From Scyliorhinus canicula (lineage: Eukaryota): DNA of 64,000 nucleotides. Below, piece after piece: positions 50,921 to 64,000 of this stretch (its first letter is position 1; each line of letters begins with the position of its first letter). The translations under genes and the position numbers were made by a program. Below the pieces are notes generated by a model that saw only the letters and a list, made by a program, of their open reading frames with translations, made no database searches and had not been told where the DNA came from. Location: contig NC_052147.1 of the NCBI RefSeq assembly GCF_902713615.1, positions 138,139,885 through 138,203,884 of the forward strand. Reading direction: 5' to 3'.

Positions 50921-51236
50921 AGCCTGGGTTCAGGGGGCAGCACTGGGTGTCTGGGAGCTGCAAGGTTGTGGGTTCAAGACCCATTGCAGAGACTTAAACA
51001 CACAGCCCAGCACAGCGCTGAGGGGGTGCTGCACATTGGTCTTCTCGGGTGGATTTAAAAGATAGCATTATTCGGGAAAGAGCGCTTGTTTCTGCCGCCG
51101 ACACCGAAATCGGGTGCTTGACTGAGAGCTTGCTGAGGATTGGCAGGTCACCGCTGTCCCTGCAGCTTCACAAAGTACTTGAGGAAGGTGCGCTGGGTTA
51201 TGGCGAAAGGCGGTATTCAAAGACAAGTCTTTCTTT
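50921..51236 (+). mobile_element. Highly diverged Deu-domain SINE immediately upstream of the first VWC2L coding exon
   Basis: AAGGTTGTGGGTTCAAGACCC (B box), CTGAGGGGGTGCTGCAC and GGTGGATTTAAAAGAT blocks, with tail GAAAGGCGGTATTCAAAGACAAGTCTTTCTTT. Confidence 0.6.
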
Positions 51237-51276
51237 AAACTTGTTATTCTACCATGTGTTTTGCAGTGTGGAATCG

Positions 51277-51806
<530 letters not shown>

Positions 51807-52223
51807 TGATCCCAGTGTAGAGAGGGTGCATTATCTTCCCAAAGTGGCCCACTGCAACATGAAGGATTCTCTAGCTGTACTTAATCCCGAGAATGTAATA
51901 TCTCCGCGCCCTGGGCACCCAGAGGAAACGGTGGCAGATTGGTCGATTTTCTTAAATGGCATTACACAAATTAAACCGGCCATGAATCAGATTGAGTGGG
52001 CAGCAGAACAGTAAGGAAGCCAAATGACTTGGTGTTAGGAAGCGAGTCCCAACCGCTAAGTGATCCGGAGTTATTTTAAAGGAACACCGCCCGCCAGATA
52101 TTTATTTATTTCTCTGCTGATTTATTTTAATTTGGGGCGGCAAAGGTGGTGGGTGCTGTTAAGTGTGCTGTAATGTGAGTGTGTGTCTCCACTTGGGCGG
52201 CAGTGTGCAGTCTGAGGATCTGA

Positions 52224-52394
<171 letters not shown>

Positions 52395-53354
52395 TGAACC
52401 GAGACTAACTCTTCCTATCCCCCTCCTCGGGCCACTCACTCAGTCAGCAGCAGGGGCTTTTATTTCAGAAAATTAAATAATTCCACATTTCCATAAGATT
52501 CACATTGCAACACTTGTCAGGCGGTTTTTGTCACCTGTCCGGGAGGTGAGAGTCAGAACTAACCCCCATAGCCATTCTAATCCGCTTTCTTTCACCGCCC
52601 CGCTTCCCGCTTCGGGGGAATTATAATTGTGGCGTATTTCCAAAGCGGATGGTACAATTAGGAAGGAACTCAGGCACCAAGTAAATTGCAAGGAACACAT
52701 TAAAGTGCAGATGAAGGAGGAAACTGGAGACATCAGGAAGGACACACGAGCAGGAGGAGCCCCTTCAGCCGTTTGGGCCCAAACATTCTGAGGTGAGGAG
52801 TTCAGAGATGGCGAGATGCCCCCACCTCCTCAGTGGACACCGATGTGTGATTAGCCCAAGCCTGTCTGCTCATTATTCATTTCAACTTGCAGCCAGTGCT
52901 GAGAGAGCTGCTGGTTCACAGGGGGCCTGAGCAGAGAACCAATAATGTGGATGGTTCGGACCAGCTCAAGCCAGCCCACAACACCTTAAAGGAAAGGGAG
53001 GGTGTGGTGGGGTGGGTGGTGAGGTGCCTTGAGGCGGGAGCTTGTACTCAGAATCGTGCAGGAAGTGACTCCAACCCCAGCAACATTGAATAATGGCACA
53101 GCTGGGGAGAAATGAAAATGAAAATTAAATGAAAATTGCTTATTCTCACAAGTAGGCTTCAAATGAAGTTACTGTGAAAAGCCCCTAGTCGCCACATTCC
53201 AGCGCCTGTTTGGGTAGGCTGTTACAGCAGGCTCCAAGGTTTTTGGATGCTGTATTGGTTAACTTGATGGAGGAAGTGCAGAGGAGGAGAGCTGTTCTAT
53301 ATGTACAGGGAGAACAGGTGGTCATCCATCCTCAAGTCGGAGCAGATGTCTCCG

Positions 53355-53688
53355 GGGCCTCACGGTAGCATGGTGGTTAGCATCAATGCTTCACAGCTCC
53401 AGGGTCCCAGGTTCGATTCCCGGCTGGGTCACTGTCTGTGTGGAGTCTGCACGTCCTCCCCGTGTGTGCGTGGGTTTCCTCCGGGTGCTCCGGTTTCCTC
53501 CCACAGTCCAAAGATGTGCGGGTTAGGTGGATTGGCCATGCTAAATTGCCCGTAGTGTAAGGTTAATGGGGGGATTGTTGGGTTACGGGTATACGGGTTA
53601 CGTGGGTTTAAAGTAGGGTGATCATTGTTCGGCACAACATCGAGGGCCGAAGGGCCTGTTCTGTGCTGTACTGTTCTATGTTCTATGT
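53355..53688 (+). mobile_element. Full-length HE1/V-like SINE
   Basis: A/B boxes, V core and (GTTCTAT)n tail. Confidence 0.88.
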
Positions 53689-53689
53689 C

Positions 53690-56110
53690 AGTGAAGGTGA
53701 ATACCAGCGGTGAATGAAAGCGGACTGTAAAAGCTTTTGTAAATATATTAAAAGAAAAAGATGGGGCAGTACAGTGGCGCAGTGGTTAGCACTGCTGCCT
53801 CATAGCACCGAGGTCCCAGGTTCGATCCCGGCCCTGGGTCACTGCCCGTGTGGGGTTTGCACATTCTCCCAGTGTCTGTGTGGCTCTCACCTCTACAATT
53901 AAAGATGTGCAGGGTAGGTGAATTGGTCATGCTAAATTACCCCTTAATTGGGAAAAAAAAAGTGGATACTTAAAAAAAAAATTTAAGTGAAAAAAAAGGA
54001 AAAGGATGAGTGAAATAGGTAGATGACAGTCTGAAACGGGAGAATTTCTAATCGTAAATAAGGAAATGGCAGAGCAATTAAACAATGACTTTAGCCCTGT
54101 CTTCACAGAGGACGACATAAATAATTCCCCAGAAATGCTGAGGAAGTGAAGGAAATTCACATAACTAGAAAAATAGTAAGAAGTCTTACAACACCAGGTT
54201 AAAGTCCAACATGTTTGTTTCAAACACTAGCTTTCGGAGCACTGCTTCTTCCCCATTCACCTGAGGACTTTAACCTGGTGTTGTAAGACTTCTTACTGTG
54301 CTCACCCCAGTCCAACGCCGGTATCTCCACATCATAGAAAAATAGTGCTGCAGAAATTAGTGGAACAAAGCCGATACATCCCGAGGGTCTGATTCTCTCC
54401 ATCCCAGAGTACTAAAGTAGGTGGCCATGGAAATCTTGTCATCTTCCAAAATTCTGTAGACTGTTGACCAGCCAGACAAATTGGAGGGTGGCAAATGAAA
54501 CCCTGCTATTTAAAAAAAGAGAAAGGGATAAAACAGGGAAATACAGTTAACCCAACTTCAGTGGTAGGAAAAATATGCAATAACTGGACACATGGAAAAT
54601 ATCAACGGGATTATATAAAGTCAACATGGATTTATAAAGGGAAGTCACGTTTGACAAACCTACTGGAGTTTTTTAACAATGTAACTAGTAGAATAGATAT
54701 TGATGAACCAATGGGTGTGGTGTATTTGAATTTTCAGAAAGATTTTGAGAAAGTCCCACATAAGAAGCCAGTGGCAAAATTAAAGTGTTGGGGTTGGAGG
54801 TTCGATATTGGCATGGATTGAGAATTGGTTAGCAGGGAGGAAAGAATAGGAATGAATGGGCCTTTTTTGAAGTGGCAGGCGGTGACTAGTTGGGTCCCGC
54901 AGGGATCAGTGCTTGGGTCCCAGCTATTCACAACATACATCGATGACTTAGATGAGGGGACCAAATGTATATTTCCAAGTTTGCCGATGATACAAAACTG
55001 AGTGGGAATGTGAGTGTTGAGGAGGGCGTTTAGCGGCTTCAGGGTGATTTAGACGAGGTGAATGAGTGTACAAACACATGGCAGTTCAGTATATTGTGGA
55101 TAAATGTGATGTTTCCACTTCGGATGGAAAAACAGAATGGCACAGTATTATTTATATGGCGATAGATCAGAAAATGTTGACGTTCAAAGGGACCTGGGTG
55201 TCCTTTTACACCAGTCACTGAAAGGAAGAATGCAGGTGCAGTTAGGAAGGCAAATGGTATATTGGCTGTCATAGCACGAGGACTTGAGTACATGAACAAG
55301 GATGTCTTACTGCAGTTGTACAGGGCCTTGGTGAGACCACACTGGGAATATGTTGTGTACTTTTGGTCTCCTTAACTAAGAAAGGATATACTTGTCACAG
55401 AGGATGCACAGCGGAGGTTCACCAGACTGATCCTAGGATGATAGGATTATTTTACAAGGAGAGATTGAGTCAACTGGGCTTGTATTCACGGGAATTGATA
55501 AGAAAAGAGGGGATTTAATTGAAACGTATAAGTCCTGACAGAGCTGGACAGACTGCATACAGGGATGTTGTTTCCTCGCGCTGGGGGTCTGGCTCACAGA
55601 CTCAGGATACGGGGTCGGCCATTTAGGACTGAGATGAGGAGAAACATCTTCACTCAGATAGTGTTGAAGCTGTGGAATTCTCTACCACAGAAGGCTGTGG
55701 AGGCCAACTCATTTAATATATTTAAGAAGGAAATAGATTACACTCTCAAGGTATCATGGGGTATTGGGAGAGCGCGGGAGTGTGGTGGTGAGATAGAGGC
55801 TGAAATTCTCTGGCCATTCGTTGGTGGCAGGGTTCAATGATTCCGCCCCCCCCCCCCCCCCCCCCCAGCAGCACACCCCTCCCTGTGGGTTTCCCTGTGG
55901 TGTGGGAGTGGCTTCAATTGGAATTCCCATTGACAGTGGTGGGAGCAGAAAATCCCGCTGCCAGCAAACGGCGCACTGCCTCCCGCCACTGAGAAACACG
56001 CTGCTCGGGGGCCGGAGAATGCCACCCAGAGGATCAGAATTTATTTCTTGAATGGCGGAACAGGTTGAAAGGGCAGAATGGACTACTCCTACTATTTTCT
56101 ATGTTTCCGT
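53690..56110 (+). mobile_element. Degenerate CR1 LINE with nested SINE (53765-53990), PLE palindrome and MITE (55796-56027)
   Basis: [37 protein letters not shown] and RRNIFTQIVLKLWNSLPQ motifs. Confidence 0.85.
54178..54334. mobile_element. Palindromic Penelope-type repeat insertion with 12-bp TSD
   Basis: 33-bp perfect inverted arms (54175-54207 / 54265-54297); TSD TAGAAAAATAGT at 54166-54177 and 54335-54346. Confidence 0.8.
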
Positions 56111-56114
56111 GAGC

Positions 56115-58340
56115 CAAGTCCTAGATGCAGTGCCGTCAGAGGATCCATGACCTCACAAAATGGTCTGGTCAGCAAATACATCTTCAAATGCTGTATCCCA
56201 CCAATGGCACCTCAATGCACCACAATTCCATCACTCATCTGCCAACAATTTCAATCAATCACAGCTCATACAGGCCCTTCGAACCTGCTCTGCCATTCAA
56301 CACGATCTTGACTGATCTGTTATGGCCTCAGATACACTTTCTACCTCCATCCATAACCCTTGGCTCCCTTGCAGATTTAAACGCCGTCCAACTCAGTATT
56401 GAATACACTCAGTGGCCCAGCCTCCACTGCTGTTTGGGGTTGAGAATTCCATAGATTAGCAACCGCCTGAGGGAAGAAATTCCTCCTCATCTCTGATTTA
56501 AGCAGGAATTCCTTTTTCTGAAATTGTGCCCCAGAGTTCTTGATTTTCCTGCACATGAGGAAACTTCCTTTCGACATCTACACTGTCAAACGTCCTCAGA
56601 ATCCTATTTGTTTCAACAAGATCACCTCTCAGTCTGCTAAATTCCAATGGGAATATGCCCAGCCTGCTCAAATATTCCTGCTGAGACAATCCCATCATCC
56701 CACAGAGCAACTTAGTGAACTTTCTCTGAACTGTCTCTGATGCAAGTATATTGTGATGACGTCACACCCAGCTCTCACAGCTTGCACACACTGCCAGCTA
56801 TTCAACCTTGATAGCAACATCAGTCAAGCATATTGCACAAAATTTGCTGACACGCTTTCCGTTCTCTTGGAGGAAAAGGTGATACGCAATCAGGCAGCAG
56901 GAGCTAACCAGAGGGAGACAGGCATGCCTGAATGCAGAATCCCAATGGAGGAGATGATGCTGGCTATTATTGGGAAGCCCTTTACCGAGAGTGTGACCCG
57001 TGGCAGGGCTGAAACAATCAAAGATGCCAGTATCCTCACACCGAGTCCTCCTCCTCACATTTCACATCCGCCTCATCCCACAATCTCTTCTGATTCACAA
57101 ACTCGAGATGGTGTAAGCATGCACCTCTTACTTTTCCTTCCATTCCTGCACCCCAGCATTAACCTTGTGCCTTTCTGCTTTCAGACACTCAAGGTGTGCA
57201 ACCTAGTGGAGCAGCAGGAAGAGAGATATGATGATGGCACTCCATCGCTCAATTTCACAGCATAGCCACAGGCTCAGATACTGACACTAATTTGAAAGAT
57301 TGCACCAGGGTGAATCTTCACACAGTGAGAAACTGGGTAAGAGTGCACTGTAGCTAGAGCAGAGGGCAAAGGTAATGCAGGTGCCAACTCAACGGAGGAC
57401 AATGTCACACATGAGTTACATTTCAGAGAACTCAAATGAGGACTTCAGTGCGGCAGCATTACAGAAGAAGGTTAACAGGTATGCACCACAAAATGTATGG
57501 TGCATCAGAAAACCTGCCAGGAAGCTACGGTCATTGTCAAAGAACATGGAGAATTCTGCGGCCAACTTGGTGCAGGGCACAGCATTTGGAACCCATTTTT
57601 TCCACCACGGGTATAGTGGCCAACCCTGCGTGCACATTTTTGGACCCAATCATGATGCAGAGTCTAAGTGCTAATGTTGCAGCCTCTATTTTAGCACAAG
57701 CAGCATCTACTCAGTGTCCAAGTGTGGCAGTGGAAGCTCAGACAGCTGTCATGCAAGGTCACGCTGCTGCTGTTATTCCTGTGGATTACATTGTGCAAAG
57801 AGGATGTGTAATCTCTCACAGCAATCTGTGCTCCAGGAGGTTACTAGGATTACTGAGGCACCAAGGAGGTGGCAATGGCTCCATGAATCTGCGGTCCACT
57901 CTAAAGTTGACAGCATTTGACACCTCACCCCTGCCACTCCACCAGTGCCCTCATTAGCAGCCAACCCAGTCTGAGCCTACACTGAGATGGTGCTATGTGC
58001 AGCTGGGCCTTCTCAAGACAGAGCTGCTCGAGGTCATTCTCAAGACAGTCTGACAGTTCTTCCATTGAAAGACAGCATCCTTCCATGAGCCGTGTTCCAA
58101 AGATCCTCCTCCCCTCCATTCCCCGGTTCCTCGGCTGACCACTGTCTAGCCTCTACAAGGGCTATCCCCTCAGAACACCATGGATGTTGCACTCACTCTA
58201 CCAAGTACTGCAGGGCTCCTCGAGAGTGGTCTAGGCAACAGAAATGTTGTTTAAGCAAGACAATAGTCAACACAATCACATTCCTTGTAGTAGCATGGAT
58301 TTCATGTGGTCAGCAAATCATCCATGATGTGCGGCAGCCA
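56115..58340 (+). mobile_element. Ancient Harbinger Myb-like gene remnant, interrupted by a minus-strand CR1 3' end (56260-56750)
   Basis: QCRQRIHDL (end of the Myb exon), then an EEKVIRNQ..RETG..EEMMLAIIG-like second exon; decayed. Confidence 0.45.
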
Positions 58341-58359
58341 CACTTTAGTTTGGAACTGT

Positions 58360-59830
58360 AACATCACAGAATTGTTATGGCGCAGAAAGAGACCGTTTGG
58401 CTCATCGTGTCTGCACTGGCTATCCAGACGAGTATTTTGACTTAGTGCCATTCTCCTGCCTTTTTCCCGTACCCCTGCACATCGTTTCTATTCAAGTAAT
58501 CATCTAATGCCCTCTTGAATGCCTCCATTGAATCTACCTCCACCACACATCCAGGCAGTGCATTCCTGACCCCAACCACTCCACGTGTGAAAAAGTTTTT
58601 TCTCGCATCACAATTGCTTCTTTTGCAAATCACCTTACATCTGTGACCTCTCATTCTTGATCCTTTTACGAGCAGGAACTGTCTCTCCCATTCTACTCTC
58701 TCCAGCCCTCTCATGGTTTTGAACATTGCTACCAAATCTCCTCTCAACCTTCCTCTCTCCAAGGAGAACAGTCCCAACCTCTCCAATCTATCCTCATAAC
58801 TGAAGTTTCCATCCTAGGAAACATTGTTGTAAACCTCTTCTTCACTCTCTCCAATGCATTCACATCCTTCCTATAGTGTGATGCCAATATTCCAGCTGAG
58901 GTCAAACTAGTGTCTTGTATAAATTCAGCATAACCTCCTTGCTCTTGTACTCTATGCCGCTATTAATAAAACCCAGAATACTACATGCTTTATTGACTGC
59001 TCTGTATCTGTCTTGCCACCATCAATGATCTGTATACATATCTGTACCCCTTTTTTTATATTGTCCCTCTATGCTTTCCTACCAAAATGTATCACCTCAC
59101 CCTACTCTGTATTGAACTTCATCTGCCACCTATCTGCCCATTCCTTGTCTATGTCCATTTGAAGTTCTACGCTGTTCAGTTTGCAACACTTCCAAGTTTT
59201 GTGTCACCTGCAAACTTTGAAATTGTCTCCTGCACACCAAGGTCTAGATCATTAATATATATCAGGAAAAGCAAAGGTCCCAATACTGAATGCTGGGGAA
59301 CACCACTCTAAACTTATCTCCAGCCTGAACGATATCTGTTGACGATTCCAATCTGCTTCCCATTATTCAATTAATTTTGTATCCACATTTCTACTGCCCC
59401 TATTGTTCCATGAGCTGTAGCTTTTCTCACAAGTCTGTTGTGTGGCCCTGCATTGAATGCCTTCTGAAAGTCCATGTGCACTATATCAACAACATTATCA
59501 TCATCAACATTTGTTATTACCTCCTCAAAATACCTCAGCAAGTTAGTTAAATAAATTAGAGGGCACTGGGAAAACCCAGCAGGTCTGCCAGCATCTATTG
59601 GGAACATCTATTATCTCCTGATAGATGCTGGTGGACCTGCTGAGTTTTTCCATGTCCTCTGTTCTTGTTTCAGATTCCAGTATCTGTAGAATTGTGCTTA
59701 TTTTAGTTAAACATGATTTCCCCTTTAAAAATTGTCTGGCTCTTCCTAATCAACCCATATTTTTCCACGTGACTACTAATTCTATCCCAAATAATTATTT
59801 CTAGAAGCTTGCCCACCACTGATGTTAAAC
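58360..59830 (-). mobile_element. CR1 LINE RT/3' remnant
   Basis: ERLGLFSLERGRLRGDL, RKNFFTRGVV..NALP and DFQKAFNAGPH motifs. Confidence 0.85.
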
Positions 59831-59844
59831 TAATATAATTTGTC

Positions 59845-60240
59845 AGGGTCTATATTCCATAGAGCTTTGAAGAATGGAGGATGACCTCATTGAAATTGAC
59901 GAATTTCCTACCGAGTGTGACAGAGTAGATAAGATGTTTCCCCTGGCTAAAATCAGGGCACATAATCTAAGGACAAATGGCAGACCATTGAGATGAGGAG
60001 GAATTTCTTCATTCAGAGGGTGGTAAATCTTTGGAAATCTCTACCCCAGAGGATTGTGAAGCTCAGTTATGGAATATATTCAAGACTGAAATTGATACAT
60101 TTCTGGAGACCAATAATATCAAGAAATTTGGAAATTGTGTGGAAATGTGGTATTGAAGTAGATGATCAACCATGACCAAATTGAATGGCGGAACAGGTTT
60201 GATGGGTTAAATGGCCTATTCCTGTTCCTCTGTTCCTAGC
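59845..60240 (+). mobile_element. CR1 3' remnant
   Basis: MRRNFFIQRVVNLWKSLPQ and a CR1 3' UTR. Confidence 0.75.
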
Positions 60241-60339
60241 ATTGAGTAGAGAGCCTCAGTGACCTCCATTACACACAACAGTGGACAATGAACTGTACAA
60301 TGTTGTAAATGCTTGCAGTTCTAGCCTGAAAGACACCAT

Positions 60340-60610
60340 AAAAGTTCAGCTCCACAGTCACTTTTGCAGACAGTGGCGATGTGGTCCTTGACCTGCTGTG
60401 AGGTTGGAGTTGTGACTGCAGAAGGTGGATTCATCTATACTGAAACACAGATGTCTCAAGTATTGTTGCTCACTGAGCTTTAGGTAGAGAATCACTCCCT
60501 GAATATCCTGGGAGAATATGGCCCCCTGCTGAGAATCCTTCACCTCCGCCCTCTTCCAGCAACTTGGCCTGATCTGCTCATTCTTCAAGTCATGTTGTAT
60601 TCCAGGGCAG
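60340..60610 (-). mobile_element. Harbinger transposase N-terminal remnant
   Basis: LKLSEQQYLRHLCF resembles the LSEEQCLRRLRF-type motif. Confidence 0.4.
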
Positions 60611-62909
60611 TGCCTACTAATGTACCCAGGTCTAAGAGCAACTGCTTTGTGTAGGAGCCTTGGAGTCAGTAAAAGCTCATTCAATAGCTGCCACACCACT
60701 TTTGCAACTTTAAAAAACTATACAAATGCTTCTAGAGTTGAGGCAACAGCCAGAAGAAATCAACCTGTAAGTAGCTGATGATCCCTTTAAAGGAGTGCGG
60801 GTGGAGGATCCTTCTGTTTCTGGCCGTGCCTTCAGCTATGCAAGGCGAAGGAAAGACACTGAACTCTAATACGGCAATCCCAGCATGAAATTACACTGAC
60901 ATTGTACGCCCAGCATACTATCTCATTGCATATGTGGCAACACCTACAATAATATGGCATCGTCTGAGACTTAGCCCCAAAATTGAGCTGAGTGCTGTGC
61001 ATGCCTTTATTGAGATCTAAGGCCACTCACAGAGCATAAAAAACAGCCAAAATCAATCCTAATTTTTTTGGTTGCTTAAGAGGAACTCTATCAGGAACGG
61101 TATCCGTCCACAGGAACTGCTGTTTTAAACCATTGCAACACTGACGTAAACAAGCATAGAGTCAATCTACTTGAGTGTTTTGCACCGTCAATCATAGTTC
61201 GCCCACTGTTTACAATCCCAGCGTGGAAAAGAAAATCAACCAACCTCAAGGTTTCTGCCAGAATGTTCATAATCACATTTAACAATACAGAGCCTGCACC
61301 GGTGGGTACTGAATAAAACATGTATTGAAATTGACTAATGAGGCACAGTATGCATTTCTTTGACCCAATCATTGTTAAACAAGACCATTCAGGGGTGATG
61401 TTAGGCAGCACTCTTTCATACGGAGTAATGAAAATCTGGAACTCTCTTCCCTACAAAGCTGTCGAGCCTGGAAGTTAATTGAAAATTTTAAGACTGTGGC
61501 CGATAGATTCTTCTTAGGTAAGGGTAAGAGATGTGTAAGCAAGGCAGGCCGATTGTGTTTAAGTTATTAAGTTATTAATCAGCCATGTTCTAGTTGAATA
61601 GCAGAACCAGGGGCTGAATGGCCTATTATTGTTCCTAAGGTATGAATAACCTGGCCCATTAACCTATCCAGGACTTTTCAAATAAAATGCATTTCCCCTC
61701 CATACTACTTTTTAATTGCTTCAGCAGCTCAGGCCTGGTACTTTTGGGATAAAAATTGTGAGGTATTATGCAGACTGCTACAAGCAGTTTACTTACTTAC
61801 ACATATCCTACAATAAAACGAGTCGATATTTATAAATAATCCGCCTGATGCAATGTACTATTTATAGATTGCAGTTCTTTATCTGCAGTTAACATTTCAA
61901 GTTTGTTTATTTGTTTTATTTCACCATACTACATTTGTCACTACTTTGGCCTCAGTATCTTTTCCATATACAGTTTGTTGATTTGTGCCAAGTTACTTGT
62001 AAACTTTGGAAATTGTGACAACGTTGCTGCTGCATTACCCACCTTTCCATTTTGTCTGGGCTCTAAACCCATCTATTTCATCCCTGCACCTCCCTGCCTC
62101 TCCACCTTCCTCTCTTCCTTTATTATGCTCTTAAAAACCTACTGCTATAATACTTGGAGAGACCAATAACTTTTAAAGACAGACATAAATTTCTGCAAAG
62201 AAATGCATAATATTTCATATGTTAATACATTTACTGCAACAAACCAACTAAAATCAACACAACTAAACACTACTAGTAAGCAACCAATATGCTGAACTGT
62301 AGAAGAGGTACTCTCCAGTAACTTGTTAACATAACCAAAACCTCACGCCACATTTGCACATTAGGACTCTCAGTAGAGACGCAGGTTTGTATTTAAAATT
62401 TCAAACAAATGCCTCCCGGCAATTCAACCGGCTCTATTTCTGTGTCTCAGCTGGACAAATCTTCCAGTATCCTTTTAAACACAGTTCTGCTCACGCATTC
62501 CTTCTGAGCATACTTGAATGGATTTCCAGCAGCAAGGCACCCACTAGTGATTCTTTGGCCTTCAACTGTCCACAACAAACTTTGTTCCTTTGGACATGGC
62601 TTCCATCCTCAACGTGTCTTCGCTTGGTGATTGACACAGCAGCACCGGCTTTCAGTTGGTTCAGTGAGATTTTGAGTCTGCAAGCAGCAAGGCCAGCTGC
62701 TTCGCCCTTTGTATCCAGGTGTTAAAGTTAGCATCTGATTTTCAATTGGGCTTGACCTCCCGGCTCCCCCCCCCCAACCCATGGCATTCCCATTTGGGCC
62801 TTTCACCAAGCAGAGACCAGCAACATTTCACAACATCTCCCCTCCCATTCCGTTCCAGTGCAATCTGTTTGACCTTATATTAAAAGAGACAGTTTAAAAC
62901 ATAACTATC

Positions 62910-63135
62910 TGGTTAGTACTGCTGCCTCACAGCGCTGAGGACCCAGGTTCAATCCCGGCCTCAGGTCACTGTCCATGTGGAGTTTGCACATTCTCCCCTT
63001 GTTTGCATGGGTCTCAACCCAACAACCCAAAAGATTGTTCGCAGTCGGTGGATTGGACACACTAATTTGCTCCTTAATTGGGAAAAAAAGAGAATTGGAT
63101 ACTCTAAATTTATTTTAAAATTAAAAAAATAAATA
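62910..63135 (+). mobile_element. tRNA SINE, short V-type variant
   Basis: GGTTAGTACTGCTGCCTCACAG, B box GGTTCAATCCC and an A-rich tail. Confidence 0.8.
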
Positions 63136-63554
63136 AAACATAACATTTCACATGTTTGACACTACCTCTTTGACCAAGGCTTTGGTCACCTTTCCTGATA
63201 TCTCTGCTCCTGTAGTTTGGCACCAGATTTTGTCAGGTGGTAACCTGTGAAGCACCTTTTACTACATTAAAGGTGCTTTATAAATGCAAGTTGTTGTTGT
63301 TATGTGGTGACAATGAGTATAATTTTTCCAAGACAATATGACTACTAGATAAATGTTTGCATAGTTTTGCTGAATATTGGGAGATTCGGGTCCAAGATAG
63401 TCGAGGTACGTGCACAGTGATGGTGAACTCTGCATTAGCAAAAGGTACATATCAAGTATGGAAATCAGACCCGGTTTATTTCTCAACTTGTGTTAGATTT
63501 TTATTTCATGTGTTATTGAGAATTTGCTGTGTCATAAAACACCTTCCAAGTTTT

Positions 63555-63862
63555 TAATTCTTTCATGGAATGTCAGCATCACTGACAAGGCCAGCATTTT
63601 TTGCCCATCTCTAATTGCCGTTGAGCTCAGTTGCTTGTTTACAGTCACATATAGGCCAGACCAGGTTAGGGCAGCAGATTTCCTTCTCTAACGGATATTA
63701 GTTAACCAGATAGGTCAGTTTGGCAATCAAGGTCACCATTTGTTATTGCCTGAAATCAAATGCCACCAGCTGCCGTGGTGGGATTTGAACCCATGTCCCC
63801 AGAGCATTATCCTGAGTCTCTGGGTTACTAATTGAGTGATGTTCCCACTATGCCGCCATCTC
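63555..63862 (-). mobile_element. tRNA-headed SINE, family of 21720-22282
   Basis: Shares head and tail with the 21720-22282 copy. Confidence 0.65.
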
Positions 63863-64000
63863 CTCTGGTCTCCCATTGATTATTTCGCCCAGCAGCAGTC
63901 TGTGCTTTAGGCCTATCATTATGAACATTTTAATATAAGTCACAGGGCATGAATTGGGTGGATTGCTGCTTGTACACCACCAGCCACCCACCAGTTTGCA

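Overview
This is eukaryotic, repeat-dense vertebrate genomic DNA. The repeat families (HE1/V-type and Deu-domain tRNA SINEs, CR1, L1-like, L2, Rex/Babar, Penelope-derived repeats, GC-rich PIF/Harbinger elements) point to a cartilaginous fish, probably a catshark (inference). Two host genes lie in tandem on the + strand. The first is the terminal WD40 coding exon and 3' UTR of SPAG16 (47890-48065, AATAAA at 48244). About 3 kb downstream are the first two coding exons of the neural secreted BMP antagonist VWC2L/Brorin-like (51312-51716, 52254-52383); its last coding exon was not found in the window. Positions 1-47889 appear to be part of the large last SPAG16 intron and are almost entirely nested transposon remnants. 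The most notable unexplained structure is in the CpG-rich VWC2L 5' region: a 12-bp minisatellite that is a tandemly self-amplified REST/NRSF silencer (RE1/NRSE), ending in a canonical 21-bp site, about 100 bp from a G-quadruplex-prone 23-bp minisatellite. Other highlights: a uORF whose stop overlaps a VWC2L ATG (TGATG), a Deu-SINE abutting the VWC2L splice acceptor, an intact minimal hammerhead ribozyme in a 91-bp TSD-flanked insertion, and a hairpin-associated inversion of a Harbinger MITE. Repeat family names come from pattern recognition, not database searches.
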